Of a stretch of 64,000 nucleotides of DNA, positions 8,473-18,391 are shown piece after piece. The position numbers and the translations under genes were made by a program. Each line of letters starts with the position of its first letter. Position 1 is the stretch's first letter. The notes under the pieces were generated by a model that was given only the letters and a program-made list of their open reading frames with translations, was not told the origin of the DNA and did no database searches. Origin of the DNA: a bacterium (GTDB lineage Bacteria; UBA8248; JACPRG01; G963555815); contig CBDHDG010000006.1 of NCBI GenBank assembly GCA_965261595.1, forward strand, positions 736,001 through 800,000, given 5' to 3'.

Positions 8473-9907
8473 GTCCGTACTCCTCCCAGCGGCCGTCCAC
8501 CAGGGCCTTGACCTCCGGGCTCATCCGGGCGACGTCGGGCCACTCGCGATCGAATCCCTCCTCTTTCCATTTGACCGTGGCGTCGATCCCCATCTTCGTG
8601 CCGGCCGTGAAGCGGGCGGAGGCGTGGTCCAGAACCTCGGCGGGTCCGTCCACGAAGCAGACGTCCCGGCGGGGGTCGATGTTGCTCGATGCGATCCAGG
8701 CGACCTGGCTCACGTCCTGCACATCCACGTCCTCGTCCACAACGATGATGACCTTGGCGAACATCATTTGCCCCAGCCCCCAGAGGGCGTGCATCACCTT
8801 TCGCGCGTGATGGGGATACCGCTTCCGGATGGAGACGATGACGATGTTGTGAAACACCCCCTCGGCCGGCATGTTGAGGTCCACCACTTCGTGAAGCTGC
8901 ATCTGGATCAGGGGCAGGAAGATGCGCTCGGTCGCCTTCCCCATGTAAAGGTCCTCCATGGGAGGCGGGCCGACGATGGTCGTGGGGTAGATGGGATCCT
9001 TCCGGCGGGTGACGCACTGGACGTGGAAGACCGGGTAGTCGTCCGCCAGGGAGTAGAAGCCGGTGTGGTCGCCGAAGGGCCCTTCGCGGCGAACCTCGCC
9101 GGGCTCCAGATAACCTTCGAGGACGATGTCCGCGTCGGCCGGCACCTCCAGGTCCACGGTCTCGCATTTGACGAGACGAACTTTCTTCTGACGCAGAAAA
9201 CCCGCGAAGAGGAGCTCGTCCATCCCGGGAGGAAGGGGCGAGCTGGCGGCGTAGGTCAGGATCGGGTCCCCCCCGATGGCCACGGCCGCTTCCATCCGCT
9301 TGCCGGCCCGGGCGTGCTCCCGGTAGTGCGCGGCCCCGTCGTGATGCCGGTGCCAGTGCATCCCGGCCGTCTCGCGGTCGAAGACCTGGAGCCGATACAT
9401 CCCCACGTTGCGCTTGCCCGAAAGGTCCTTGGTGTAGACCTGGGGGATCGTGATGTAGCGGCCGCCGTCCTCCGGCCAGCACTTCAGGGCGGGGATGAAA
9501 TCCAGCGTCGCGCCCTCCCGGACGATCACTTCCTTGCACGGGCCGGCCGAGACGGTCTCGGGGCCGATGGCGGCGAGCTTCATGAGGGGGGGCAGGCGCT
9601 TGAGCTTATCCATCAGACCTGTGGGCATTTCCAGGTTGAGGAGCTCGCGGATACGTCCGGCGACGGTCTCGAAGGTGTCCACGCCCAGGGCCATGCACAT
9701 GCGCTTCTCGGAGCCCAGGGCGTTGATCAGAAGCGGGATGTTGTGCCCTTTGACGTTCTCGAAAAGCAGCGCCGGGCCGCCCCGCTTGACGGACCGATCG
9801 GCAATCTCGGTGATTTCGAGAACCGGATCGACCTCGGCGGAGATCCGCTTGAGCTCGCCCGCCGCTTCGAGCGCGGTGACGAATTCTGATGTGCTGTCGT
9901 ATGCCAT
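8465..9907 (-). CDS. ubiD: UbiD-family menaquinone biosynthesis decarboxylase (MqnL-like)
   Basis: VDPVLEITEI, NVGMYRLQ, EGPFGDHTGFY, GPPPMED, KMGIDAT. Confidence 0.92.
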   Translation of the reverse strand: MAYDSTSEFVTALEAAGELKRISAEVDPVLEITEIADRSVKRGGPALLFENVKGHNIPLLINALGSEKRMCMALGVDTFETVAGRIRELLNLEMPTGLMDKLKRLPPLMKLAAIGPETVSAGPCKEVIVREGATLDFIPALKCWPEDGGRYITIPQVYTKDLSGKRNVGMYRLQVFDRETAGMHWHRHHDGAAHYREHARAGKRMEAAVAIGGDPILTYAASSPLPPGMDELLFAGFLRQKKVRLVKCETVDLEVPADADIVLEGYLEPGEVRREGPFGDHTGFYSLADDYPVFHVQCVTRRKDPIYPTTIVGPPPMEDLYMGKATERIFLPLIQMQLHEVVDLNMPAEGVFHNIVIVSIRKRYPHHARKVMHALWGLGQMMFAKVIIVVDEDVDVQDVSQVAWIASSNIDPRRDVCFVDGPAEVLDHASARFTAGTKMGIDATVKWKEEGFDREWPDVARMSPEVKALVDGRWEEYGLD

Positions 9908-9999
9908 GTCAGGATTGCGCCCCGCTTGTGAAGCATTTCTCAATAACGAATCATAACATAGAGGCTTAAAGGCGCATCCGTTCCAAAGGGCAAAACGTC

Positions 10000-10277
10000 C
10001 CAGGAGGGCTTTTTTGAAAAACCGCCCCCCTGACCCCCTGAAAAACTTTTGGCGGCCGAGCTATGCTCGGCCTTGCTGGGGGTGGATGTCTTATCGGCTG
10101 TGGTGGCCGGCTGTGGCCCTCGGTGGCTTGGATTTTTGGCCGGAGGCCCGTCTGCCTGCGGCCAAGGGGCCAGTTTCTTGCGAAAGAGGGCGGCGCCTAC
10201 GGCGCCGCCCTCTTTCGCCAAACGAAAGTTTTCGAGGGGGGGATTGGGGGGGACAGTTTTCAAAATGTCCCCCCCAA
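10000..10277. repeat. MITE-like element with imperfect terminal inverted arms and an internal perfect hairpin
   Basis: Left arm 10000-10050 (…TTTTTGAAAAACCGCCCCCCTGACCCCCTGAAAAACTTTT) is an imperfect reverse complement of right arm 10225-10277; internal 18 bp perfect stem 10180-10197/10201-10218. Confidence 0.6.
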
Positions 10278-10291
10278 GGTTCTCGCTCTTC

Positions 10292-10579
10292 CTACTCGAT
10301 AACCTTCGGCACCTTATAGTGGCCGTGGTCGGACAACGGGGCGAGGGAGAGAAAATCCTCTTTCGGCAGCGGGCTTCGGACCTCATCCTCCCGGTAGACA
10401 TTCTCCATCGGAAGAACCGTCGTGACCGGCTCGACCCCTTCGGTGTCCACTTCGTTCAGCAAGTCCATATACCCCAGAATGTTCGCGAGGTGGTCCTGGA
10501 AGCGGTCCCGCTCCTCGTCCGAGAATTGCAGCCGCGCGAGCTGGGCGACGTGCTCGATTTGTGCTTTGGTGAGCTCCGT
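10292..10579 (-). CDS. gatC: Asp/Glu-tRNA amidotransferase subunit C; apparent start codon is ACG
   Basis: ELTKAQIEHVAQLARL...LNEVDTEGVEP...YREDEV...YKVPKVIE; 95 codons counted from an ACG 9 nt after AAGGAG. Confidence 0.88.
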   Translation of the reverse strand, partial: TELTKAQIEHVAQLARLQFSDEERDRFQDHLANILGYMDLLNEVDTEGVEPVTTVLPMENVYREDEVRSPLPKEDFLSLAPLSDHGHYKVPKVIE

Positions 10580-10690
10580 CGATTTTCTCTCCTTCGGCCG
10601 GTGACGTCCTATCAATATAGCGCCTCCGGGACGATTTGGACAACCTCATCAGGTCGGGTCATTCAACCGGGATGTTTGGCCGTTGGTCCT

Positions 10691-10880
10691 TCTATCCGCG
10701 TAATCTGTGAAATCTGTGGATGGATTGTGGGGGACAGGCGAGATTCCTCGTCGGGGACAAGCCTTTGAGTCGGTTGACTCCTCGCTCGGGATGACAAGCA
10801 GTCGTGTGGGTCTTGGTTGATTCAAGAATCTGTGAAATCCCCACCTGCGTGGGGACAGCGTCTGCGGATGGATTATGGGG
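10691..10880. repeat. Cluster of short REP-like repeats
   Basis: Two copies of AATCTGTGAAATC...TGyGGATGGATT, the second interrupted by the palindrome CCCCACCTGCGTGGGG; a GAGATTCCTCG...CTCGGGATGAC element lies between them. Confidence 0.5.
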
Positions 10881-13196
10881 TCAACCCGTCTCCTTCATGG
10901 GCGCGTACTTGACGACCAGTTGCTTGGCGCCGGAGGCGAACCGGACGGACACGCGCAGTTTGTCGCCTGATCCATTGCGGGCCACAATCGTGCCGGATCC
11001 GAACCGCTCGTGGACCACGCGGGCGCCGACGCCCCAGGGTCCAGGGGAGCGGGGGAGAGCGGAGCTCCCGGGCGGGATTTTCTCCCGGGATGGTTCCCGC
11101 CGTTCCGGTGAGGTCCGCTCCGGCCGCCGGGAGGAGGGGGGGGGGAAGCCGTCGCGCCCACGGCCATGGCGGGAGACACCCGGGACCCGGCCGGATTCAT
11201 CCCCTTTGCGGACAAGCACCTCGTCCGGGATTTCCGACAGGAAGATCGATTCCGGGTTCGAGAGGGTCCGGCCGTTCATCATCCGGGAGCGGGCCCGGGT
11301 CAGAATGAGCCGGTTTTTGGTTCGCGTCATGCCGACGTAGAAAAGCCGGCGCTCCTCCTCGATCTCCGCGTCCCCGGCCCGAAGGGATTGGGCGTGGGGG
11401 AGGAGGCCGTCCTCCACGCCGGTGAGGAAAACCGTGTCGAACTCGAGCCCCTTGGCGGCGTGCAGCGTCATGAGGAGGACAATGCCGGCTTCCTCTTCCC
11501 CGGCGGCGTCCACGTCGGAGAGCAGCGCGGTTTCATCCAGGTAATCGCGGAGCTTCGGGGCTTCTCCCTGGACGTCGAGCCGCCGCGCGTGGAATTCCTC
11601 GACGGATCGGAGAAACTCTTCGACGACTTCCCCCCGGCCCGCCTGCCGGCAGAATTCCCCGTACCCCGTCTTGTCCAGGACTTCGCGGACCAGGTCCGCC
11701 ACGGGCAGCCGGGCCGCGTCATGGACCAGAGCGCGCATTAATCCGTGAAAGGCCGCCAGACTGTTTTTCGCCGCACCGGCAAACGGGCTTTCCGGCGCGG
11801 CGATCACCTCCCACAGGGACTTCCCGTCCCGTGCGGCCAACTCCCTCAACCGGGCGATGGTCGTCCCGCCGATCCCCCGGGTGGGCGTGTTGATGATGCG
11901 AAGAAGGGCGTCGTCGGCCCTCGGGTTCGCCAGGACTTTGAGATAGGAAACCAGGTCCTTCACTTCCTTTCGGTCGAAGAAACGGAGCCCGGCCAGCACG
12001 CGGTGGGGGATTCGGTTCCGGCGGAACGCCTCCTCGAACGGGCGGGTCTGGGAATGGGTGCGGAAGAACACGGCCGTCGTGCCGGACCCCCGGCGGTCTC
12101 CTTCCTCCGGCTTCGAGGGCAAGCGGATTTGGGAGGCGACGAATTCGGCCTCCGCGTTCTCGTCCGGCGCGATGAAGAGCGTCAGCTTCTCGCCCGTCTC
12201 CCGGGTGGGGATGAGCGATTTCTCGCGCCTTTGCCGGTTCCGGGAGATCACCCCGGCGGCACCGCGCAGGATAGAGGCCGAGGAGCGGAAATTCTCCTCC
12301 AGGCGGATCACCCGGATGCCCGGATACGCCCGCTCGATGTGCAGGATCCCCTCCACCTCCGCCCCCCGCCAGCGGTAGATGCTCTGGTCCTCGTCGCCCA
12401 CGACGCAGAGGTTCCGGCCGTCCCCGGCGAGAAGCTTTAGGAACCGGTGCTGCGCGCCGTTGGTGTCCTGGTATTCATCCACCAGGATGTGGCCGAAGCG
12501 GGAACGATAGGTCTCCAGGATTTCGGGATGCCCGCTCAGAAGCCGGAGGGTCAGGAAGAGGAGGTCGTCGAAATCGGCGGCGCCCGAATCCCGGAGGCGG
12601 CGCTGGTAGAGCGGATAGGCCTGGCGCACCTTGGCGTCCAGACCGAAGTCCCGTCCCTGGAATTCCTCGGGGCCGAGATCCCGGCTCTTGGCCCCGCGGA
12701 TCGCCGCGAGAATGGCGCGGGGGGGATAAAGGTCCCGGCTGATCTTGAGATCGGCCGAAACGGCGGTGATCGCGGCGAGGCTGTCCGTCCCGTCGTAGAT
12801 CGTGAAATCGGGATCGAGGCCGACGGCCTTTCCGTCCCTACGCAGGATGCGGGCGCACCCGGCGTGGAAGGTCGAGATCCAGGGGAGGCGCGGATTCCAC
12901 CCGGACGCTCCCGATGCGTCGGAAGAGGGCCGGGTCTCGTCCTCCCCGCCTCCTTCTTTCCGTCCGGAGAGCAGGCGGGCGACGCGGTTGCGCATCTCGC
13001 CGGCGGCCTTGTTCGTGAACGTCAGAGCCAGGATCTCCTCGCGCCCGGCGAGACCGTCGGTGATCAGGCGGGCGATGCGCCGCGTGACCACGCGGGTCTT
13101 TCCCGACCCCGCTCCCGCGAGAACCAACAAGGGAGACCCCCGGTGGAGAACGGCTTCTTTCTGGCTGGGCGTGAGATCTTCGAGATGGGCTGTCAC
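10881..13196 (-). CDS. pcrA: ATP-dependent DNA helicase PcrA/UvrD
   Basis: AGAGSGKT, LTFTNKAA, VDEYQDTN, VGDEDQSIYRWRGA, LMTLHAAKGLEF, EEERRLFYVGMTR, C-terminal Tudor-like VVHERFGSG. Confidence 0.93.
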   Translation of the reverse strand: MTAHLEDLTPSQKEAVLHRGSPLLVLAGAGSGKTRVVTRRIARLITDGLAGREEILALTFTNKAAGEMRNRVARLLSGRKEGGGEDETRPSSDASGASGWNPRLPWISTFHAGCARILRRDGKAVGLDPDFTIYDGTDSLAAITAVSADLKISRDLYPPRAILAAIRGAKSRDLGPEEFQGRDFGLDAKVRQAYPLYQRRLRDSGAADFDDLLFLTLRLLSGHPEILETYRSRFGHILVDEYQDTNGAQHRFLKLLAGDGRNLCVVGDEDQSIYRWRGAEVEGILHIERAYPGIRVIRLEENFRSSASILRGAAGVISRNRQRREKSLIPTRETGEKLTLFIAPDENAEAEFVASQIRLPSKPEEGDRRGSGTTAVFFRTHSQTRPFEEAFRRNRIPHRVLAGLRFFDRKEVKDLVSYLKVLANPRADDALLRIINTPTRGIGGTTIARLRELAARDGKSLWEVIAAPESPFAGAAKNSLAAFHGLMRALVHDAARLPVADLVREVLDKTGYGEFCRQAGRGEVVEEFLRSVEEFHARRLDVQGEAPKLRDYLDETALLSDVDAAGEEEAGIVLLMTLHAAKGLEFDTVFLTGVEDGLLPHAQSLRAGDAEIEEERRLFYVGMTRTKNRLILTRARSRMMNGRTLSNPESIFLSEIPDEVLVRKGDESGRVPGVSRHGRGRDGFPPPSSRRPERTSPERREPSREKIPPGSSALPRSPGPWGVGARVVHERFGSGTIVARNGSGDKLRVSVRFASGAKQLVVKYAPMKETG

Positions 13197-13203
13197 GGAC
13201 GGG

Positions 13204-14004
13204 CTACTTCTTTTTCGGGATGATTTCCATCCGCCTCGATTCGGGGCGGACAATGACGTCGGCCGGGTAAAACCCCTTCCGGACGGAGGCGTTCGAGTAG
13301 ATCCAGGTGCGCGGCCCGACCAGGGTCCCGGGGGAGGTCACCGCGTTGCAGCCGATCTCCACATCGTCGCCCAAAACGGCGCCGAGCTTGCGGAGACCCG
13401 TGTCGAACCGGCGGCCTTCGCCCTCGATGACGATGGCGTGTTTCTCCCGGCCAGCCTTCTGCTCCGGCGTGCGCAACTGGAGGTTGGCGAGTTTCGTTCC
13501 CGCCCCCAGATTGACGCGGCGCCCCAGGAGACTGTCCCCAACATAGGCGAAGTGCCCCGCCTCGGCCCCGGCGAAGAAGACGGAGTTCTTGACCTCCGTG
13601 ACGTGACCGACGACGGCCCCGTCCGCCACGATCGCCTCGCCCCGCAAATAGGCCCCCTGGCGGATCTCCGCCCCCGCCCCGATGAGAGCGCCCGCCTTGA
13701 TCAGGACCCCGGGCTCCACCGCGGCGCCGGCGCGGATGAGAATGCGGTGCTCCGGAAGGAACAGGTCTTCTTCCAGCCGGACCGGGGCGTCGGCGTAAAT
13801 CATTCCCGCGTGAAGACTCAGACCGGCCGGAACGGAGCCGGGGGGGGGGGAGGCGTCGAATTCCGCAAGGGTCTCGTCGATGTACGCGGCGATGCGGGAA
13901 ACGCCTTCCCAAACATTTTCCGCGTCCCGAAAGAGACCGGCGACCCAGGGGTCTTCGTCCCCGGGAAAATAGAACGCCCGCTCCGTTTCCGCCCGATTAT
14001 CCAT
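13204..14004 (-). CDS. Left-handed beta-helix acyltransferase, GlmU C-terminal-like (no nucleotidyltransferase domain)
   Basis: Hexapeptide repeats, RQGAYLRG, EVKNS, HFAYVGDSLLG..VNLGAGTKLAN, DTGLRKLGAVLGD..EIGCNAV. Confidence 0.82.
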   Translation of the reverse strand: MDNRAETERAFYFPGDEDPWVAGLFRDAENVWEGVSRIAAYIDETLAEFDASPPPGSVPAGLSLHAGMIYADAPVRLEEDLFLPEHRILIRAGAAVEPGVLIKAGALIGAGAEIRQGAYLRGEAIVADGAVVGHVTEVKNSVFFAGAEAGHFAYVGDSLLGRRVNLGAGTKLANLQLRTPEQKAGREKHAIVIEGEGRRFDTGLRKLGAVLGDDVEIGCNAVTSPGTLVGPRTWIYSNASVRKGFYPADVIVRPESRRMEIIPKKK

Positions 14005-14022
14005 CAGCGCTCCCCTGCCCGC

Positions 14023-16107
14023 CTACCGGTTCGAGACTTCCCCGACGCACCAGCGGCCCAGCTCGGTTATCGTCCAATCGCCGCCGTCCCGCGCGATCAG
14101 CCCCTGACGCTCCATCTCCCTGAGCAGCCGCCACGCCTCCACGCCGGCCTGGATCGACTCCTCCGCCCGCCCTTGGCTCAACCTCTCCTCAAGCAGTCTC
14201 TCCAGGATGGAGCGCTCGGCGGCCCGGTACGGATGCGCCTCGCGCTTGAGGTCCCGGAGCAGCGCCCTCGCCGCCGCGTCGGCCACGGAATCCAGGGCCT
14301 TCGCGTCCTCCGCGCGGCCCTGGACGGTCACGCCTGTCCGCTCCTCCGTGCCGGAGTTGCGGACGAATACGCCCGCGCGCTGAACGCCCCCGGCGTCGTC
14401 CAGCGCAAGATACAACATTCCGGGGTCTTCGGGGATTTTCAATCGCCTCGCCCGCACCGGCCGGCCGAACGCCGACCGGCAGGACCGGGCCAGGAGGCCG
14501 TCCATGTCGCGCCAGACCTCCGTCCCCGGGGCAAAGCGCGCGCGGTCCGTATAGAAGGCGTAGCGGGTCTTCCGGTGTCCGGCCTCGAAGGGGCGGCGGA
14601 TGGCATCCATCCACCCTTCCGTCGAATTCCCGGGGGCGAGACTTCGCATCGACGCCAGGGCGTTGACGGCCGCCTTCAAGCCGTCGCCCGCAAACAGGGG
14701 GGAGAAACCCGTTTCCGATTTCACCCGGCCGAGCGTGACGTGATGACCCGACGCCTCGCTCCCAACGGCGAAAGGAATCCTCCCGGGCGCGAGGACGGAC
14801 CCGTCCGAGCCGGCCCCGACCTTCTCGATCAACGCGCCCAGCCGGCGGGCGTCCCCCTCCCCTTCCTCCAGGGACTGCATTTCGTTTTCCTCCGCACCCG
14901 CGGCCAGGGCGCGCGCGCACGACAACCCGGCCCGCCAAAGGAGCCACTTGTCCCCCACCGCCGACAGGACCGGCTCAAAACCGAGGCGTGCGGCCTCCCT
15001 CCCGGCCGCGAGATCGCTGTCCACGGTGTTGACGTAGAGCGCCCCCTTGTAGGCGCCGGGATTCCTCTCCGCGAGGAAACGGGCCAGGTGCAGGCCGACC
15101 CGGTCTCCGTCCAGGACCGCCAACCCTTTGCGGAAGGGGTCGTAGACGAGAAGGATGCAGCGGTCTCCGTCCCCGTCGAAAACAGCGGCCGCGGCCCACA
15201 GCCGGCCGGCGGCCAGGTCCGCCTGGCGGCCGCGGGCCATCTCCAACAGGGCCGCCGCGCCCGCGTGGCCGGAGAGGTCTTTCCCCGACTCGTCCCCGCA
15301 CCGCTCGTCCACCAAATCGACCTGCTCGAGCTCGACCACGCCGCCGCCCCGGTTCACCGGGGACCCGGCGCCGTTCACCTCGACGACCCGGCGTACGCCG
15401 AGTCGCTCGAACACGTCGCGGGCCGTTCCGGCCAGGCTTCCCCCCGCGGCGTCCACCACCAGGATGAGATCGGAGAAAGGGGTCCCGGACGGTTTGCTTG
15501 CCTCCGGGCCGCCCGCGGGAACCCAGGTGTTGTAGGGGTCGCACGAATGCTCCACAAACGCCCGCCGCGCCTCGGCCTCCCAAGGAAGGACCTCGCCCTC
15601 TCCTTCCCCTTCCGGCCCCCCGGGGTCTTCCGGCCGGCGTCCGGCCCGCTCGTACACCCGGCGGGTCAGCCGCTTCTCATCGGCGGGGTAGAGCTTTGTC
15701 GCCAACGGGCCGACGAATGCCTTGACGCCGTTCTGGCCTTCAGGATTGTGCGAGGCGGTCGCCATGATCCCCGCCTTCGCGCCCCTTTGAATCATGGCCA
15801 GGGGGACGGCGGGCGTGGGGACGGTTCCGAGGACGACGGCCTTCCGGCCGGCGCGGCGGACACCCCGCACGACCGCTCCCGTGAAAACGCCTTCGTGATC
15901 CCTCGGGTCCCACCCGACAACGACCTCCTCCCCGGCGGACGCCTCCTCCTCGGCAAAGGCCGCGGCGTACAGCCCCGCGAAAGCGGGCGTGAGGCGGCCG
16001 GTTCGCAAGAAGGCCCCGGCCGGATCGGTCCGGCTTTCCTCGTCATCCGGGACAACGACGCCCCGGACACCGTCCGTTCCCTGTAGCCGCGGCGGTCCGG
16101 CGGTCAT
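14023..16107 (-). CDS. Alpha-D-phosphohexomutase family protein (GlmM-like, enlarged)
   Basis: GTDGVRG, catalytic TASHNP, metal loop DGDGDR, SEASGH, RNSGTE. Confidence 0.82.
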   Translation of the reverse strand: MTAGPPRLQGTDGVRGVVVPDDEESRTDPAGAFLRTGRLTPAFAGLYAAAFAEEEASAGEEVVVGWDPRDHEGVFTGAVVRGVRRAGRKAVVLGTVPTPAVPLAMIQRGAKAGIMATASHNPEGQNGVKAFVGPLATKLYPADEKRLTRRVYERAGRRPEDPGGPEGEGEGEVLPWEAEARRAFVEHSCDPYNTWVPAGGPEASKPSGTPFSDLILVVDAAGGSLAGTARDVFERLGVRRVVEVNGAGSPVNRGGGVVELEQVDLVDERCGDESGKDLSGHAGAAALLEMARGRQADLAAGRLWAAAAVFDGDGDRCILLVYDPFRKGLAVLDGDRVGLHLARFLAERNPGAYKGALYVNTVDSDLAAGREAARLGFEPVLSAVGDKWLLWRAGLSCARALAAGAEENEMQSLEEGEGDARRLGALIEKVGAGSDGSVLAPGRIPFAVGSEASGHHVTLGRVKSETGFSPLFAGDGLKAAVNALASMRSLAPGNSTEGWMDAIRRPFEAGHRKTRYAFYTDRARFAPGTEVWRDMDGLLARSCRSAFGRPVRARRLKIPEDPGMLYLALDDAGGVQRAGVFVRNSGTEERTGVTVQGRAEDAKALDSVADAAARALLRDLKREAHPYRAAERSILERLLEERLSQGRAEESIQAGVEAWRLLREMERQGLIARDGGDWTITELGRWCVGEVSNR

Positions 16108-16267
16108 AAACGGTGCGCTCCCATCATTCTTTTCACCCGGGGGAGGATGGACTCATCTTGAGCGGTGCCGGTGAGCGACGCGCGGAGACAGCGAGCCCGC
16201 CATCTCGCGCCGCCGCCCGATCGCATCCCCACCGCCTCGCGTCCGCGCTTCCCGCCGGACGTCCGGC

Positions 16268-18391
16268 TCAATTCGGAGAGGGCGGCCCGCCGGGCGGGCG
16301 GATCTTTCCGCCTGTGATCGTCAGGATCTGCAGCCGCCGTTCGGCCGCGCCCGTAGGCCCGATGGAGAATTTTCCCGTGACGCCGTCGAAATCTTTCGTC
16401 GCCGCCAAGGCCGCGCGGAAGGCCGCCCGGTCGCCTCCCGCCGACGGGCGGGTCCGTCCCGCCGACGCGCGGGCTCGTCCCACCGATCGGAGGCCTGAGA
16501 GGAGAAACCGCATGGCGTCGTAGGTGTACGCGGAGGTCTCGGTCGGGACCTTGCCAAACGCCCGCTGGAAGTCGCGGACGAAACGCGCCCCTCGGGCGGT
16601 GGGCCGAAGCTGCGTATACCCGCCTACGAAATAGGCCCCTTCCACGTCCCGCTTCGCCAGGGCGACGATCTCCGAAGAGTTCCACCCCGCCCCGCCCAGG
16701 AGGTGGATTCCGCGAATGTTATAAAAGGCGAGACTGGGGATGATGAGGGCGACCTGGGCCGCGCGGTCCGGGATGAACAGTCCCTGAAAAGGAATGCCGG
16801 GAATTCGGACCGGTTTCAATCCCCGCGCCTTTCGCCCCTTCTTGATCCGCTCCACCTCTTCGTCATCCATTCCCACCAGGGCGCGGATTTGCCGGCCGAA
16901 ATCAGTGGCGCCTGGCGGATAGGAAGCCTCCCGGACAATGCGCCCCCCCAGCGCGGCGACGCGCCGGCGAAAGACCTCCCGCATCTCGATGCCCGACGGG
17001 TTCGACGGGTACAGGATCGCCAAATTGCGCAGCCCCAGCTTCCCGGCGGCGTACGCCGCGACGGCTTCCGCCTGGAGGGCGTAACCGACCCCCGTCCGGA
17101 AAACGTAGGGATCAACCGGCCGGGCGCCGCCCGATGGGGCGGCTGGAAGGACGAGAGGAACCCCGATCTCCTGGGCGGCCTTCGCGCCCGCCTCCACCTT
17201 CGAACCGGTGTACGGGCCCAGGATCGCCGTGGTCGCTGGATTGAGCGCAAGCTTTTTGACCTCCACGCCCGCGTCGGCGGCTCCGCCGGCGTCCCGCACT
17301 TGAAGCTTCACCCGGTCCGCGAAGGGACCGGCGTGCTGGAGCGCCAACTGAACGCCCCGCAACGCCTCCCGGCCGATGCCGGCGTTCTCTCCCGATAAGG
17401 ACAGCAGGATGCCGACGATCAGGACGGGCTCCCGGCCGGCGGGTTTCGATTCGGCCGCTTTCCCGGAGGCGGAATCATCGGCTTCAGACGCCGCGGATCG
17501 CCGGCGCGTCGGCGCGGGGGCCTCGGCCGGGATGACGGGAACGGACGCCTGCAAAAGGGTCCTGCCGGCCGGACCGCCCAGGGATTTCATCATCCGCTTG
17601 GCCCGCCCGGCGAGCAGATGTCCCTTGGCGTCGGTCAGAAAACTGCTCAAAAGAGACCGTGCGGACCCAGGCCGGCCGGCCGCCGCCAGAAGCTCCGCCC
17701 GGCGGACCGCCAGGAAACCGGCCGGAAATCCCCGGCCAAGCTTTCTTGACAGAAGCTCCAGGTCCGAGAGATCGAGGTCCCGGAAAATGATCTCAACGGT
17801 CCGCTGCTTAAGCCCGCGCCTCTCTTCGAACGATCGAAGGAGCGGGATGAGGGCGGCGAGGTGTTCCACGGCTTCCGCGGACCGCTTCCGCTCAAAACCC
17901 AGGCGGACGAGCGGGCGGAGTGTGGAGAGGCGGTCCGCGTCGGTCTCGGCCAGAAGCAGGGCCGTCCGGTAGTGGCGATTGGCGATTTCGAGCCGGCCGA
18001 GGGATCGCTGGATGGCTCCGGTCCATTGGTTGGCGCGCAGCCGGATGAGCTCCGGGTTGTCCGGACCCAGGTAGGGGGAGAACCGCCCGAGGGCCGCCGT
18101 AAAATCAGCCCGCTCGAAAGCGCTCCGCCCCAGGAACATGGAGGCGTTCGGCGCAAGGGGGCTGCGGGGATGCCGAAGCAAGAAAGTGCGCAGCAACCGT
18201 TCCCCCTGGGTCCGGTCTCCGGCCGCCAGCGCGCGTCGGCCCTTCTCGAAGAGCGCCTCCTCCCGGGGAGGGAATTTTCCGGCGGGCGGAGCGGGTTGGG
18301 GGATCGGGGCGCAGGAGAGGAGGGCCGTCAGAAGGAGACCCCCAAACAGCGTATGCAGGACCTTTCGGAAAGGTCTTCGCTTGGCGTTCAA
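16268..18391 (-). CDS. Lipoprotein with TPR-like N-domain and type-1 periplasmic-binding C-domain (LpoA/penicillin-binding-protein activator-like)
   Basis: Lipobox LLSC, helical repeats, GILLSLSG, AILGP, YPPGATDF, FDGVTGKF; start uncertain. Confidence 0.72.
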   Translation of the reverse strand: MNAKRRPFRKVLHTLFGGLLLTALLSCAPIPQPAPPAGKFPPREEALFEKGRRALAAGDRTQGERLLRTFLLRHPRSPLAPNASMFLGRSAFERADFTAALGRFSPYLGPDNPELIRLRANQWTGAIQRSLGRLEIANRHYRTALLLAETDADRLSTLRPLVRLGFERKRSAEAVEHLAALIPLLRSFEERRGLKQRTVEIIFRDLDLSDLELLSRKLGRGFPAGFLAVRRAELLAAAGRPGSARSLLSSFLTDAKGHLLAGRAKRMMKSLGGPAGRTLLQASVPVIPAEAPAPTRRRSAASEADDSASGKAAESKPAGREPVLIVGILLSLSGENAGIGREALRGVQLALQHAGPFADRVKLQVRDAGGAADAGVEVKKLALNPATTAILGPYTGSKVEAGAKAAQEIGVPLVLPAAPSGGARPVDPYVFRTGVGYALQAEAVAAYAAGKLGLRNLAILYPSNPSGIEMREVFRRRVAALGGRIVREASYPPGATDFGRQIRALVGMDDEEVERIKKGRKARGLKPVRIPGIPFQGLFIPDRAAQVALIIPSLAFYNIRGIHLLGGAGWNSSEIVALAKRDVEGAYFVGGYTQLRPTARGARFVRDFQRAFGKVPTETSAYTYDAMRFLLSGLRSVGRARASAGRTRPSAGGDRAAFRAALAATKDFDGVTGKFSIGPTGAAERRLQILTITGGKIRPPGGPPSPN

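Noticed and set aside
12802..16086. 1094 aa + strand ORF
   Set aside because: Antisense shadow of well-supported minus-strand genes (pcrA, LbH, mutase); no motifs; expected in high-GC DNA
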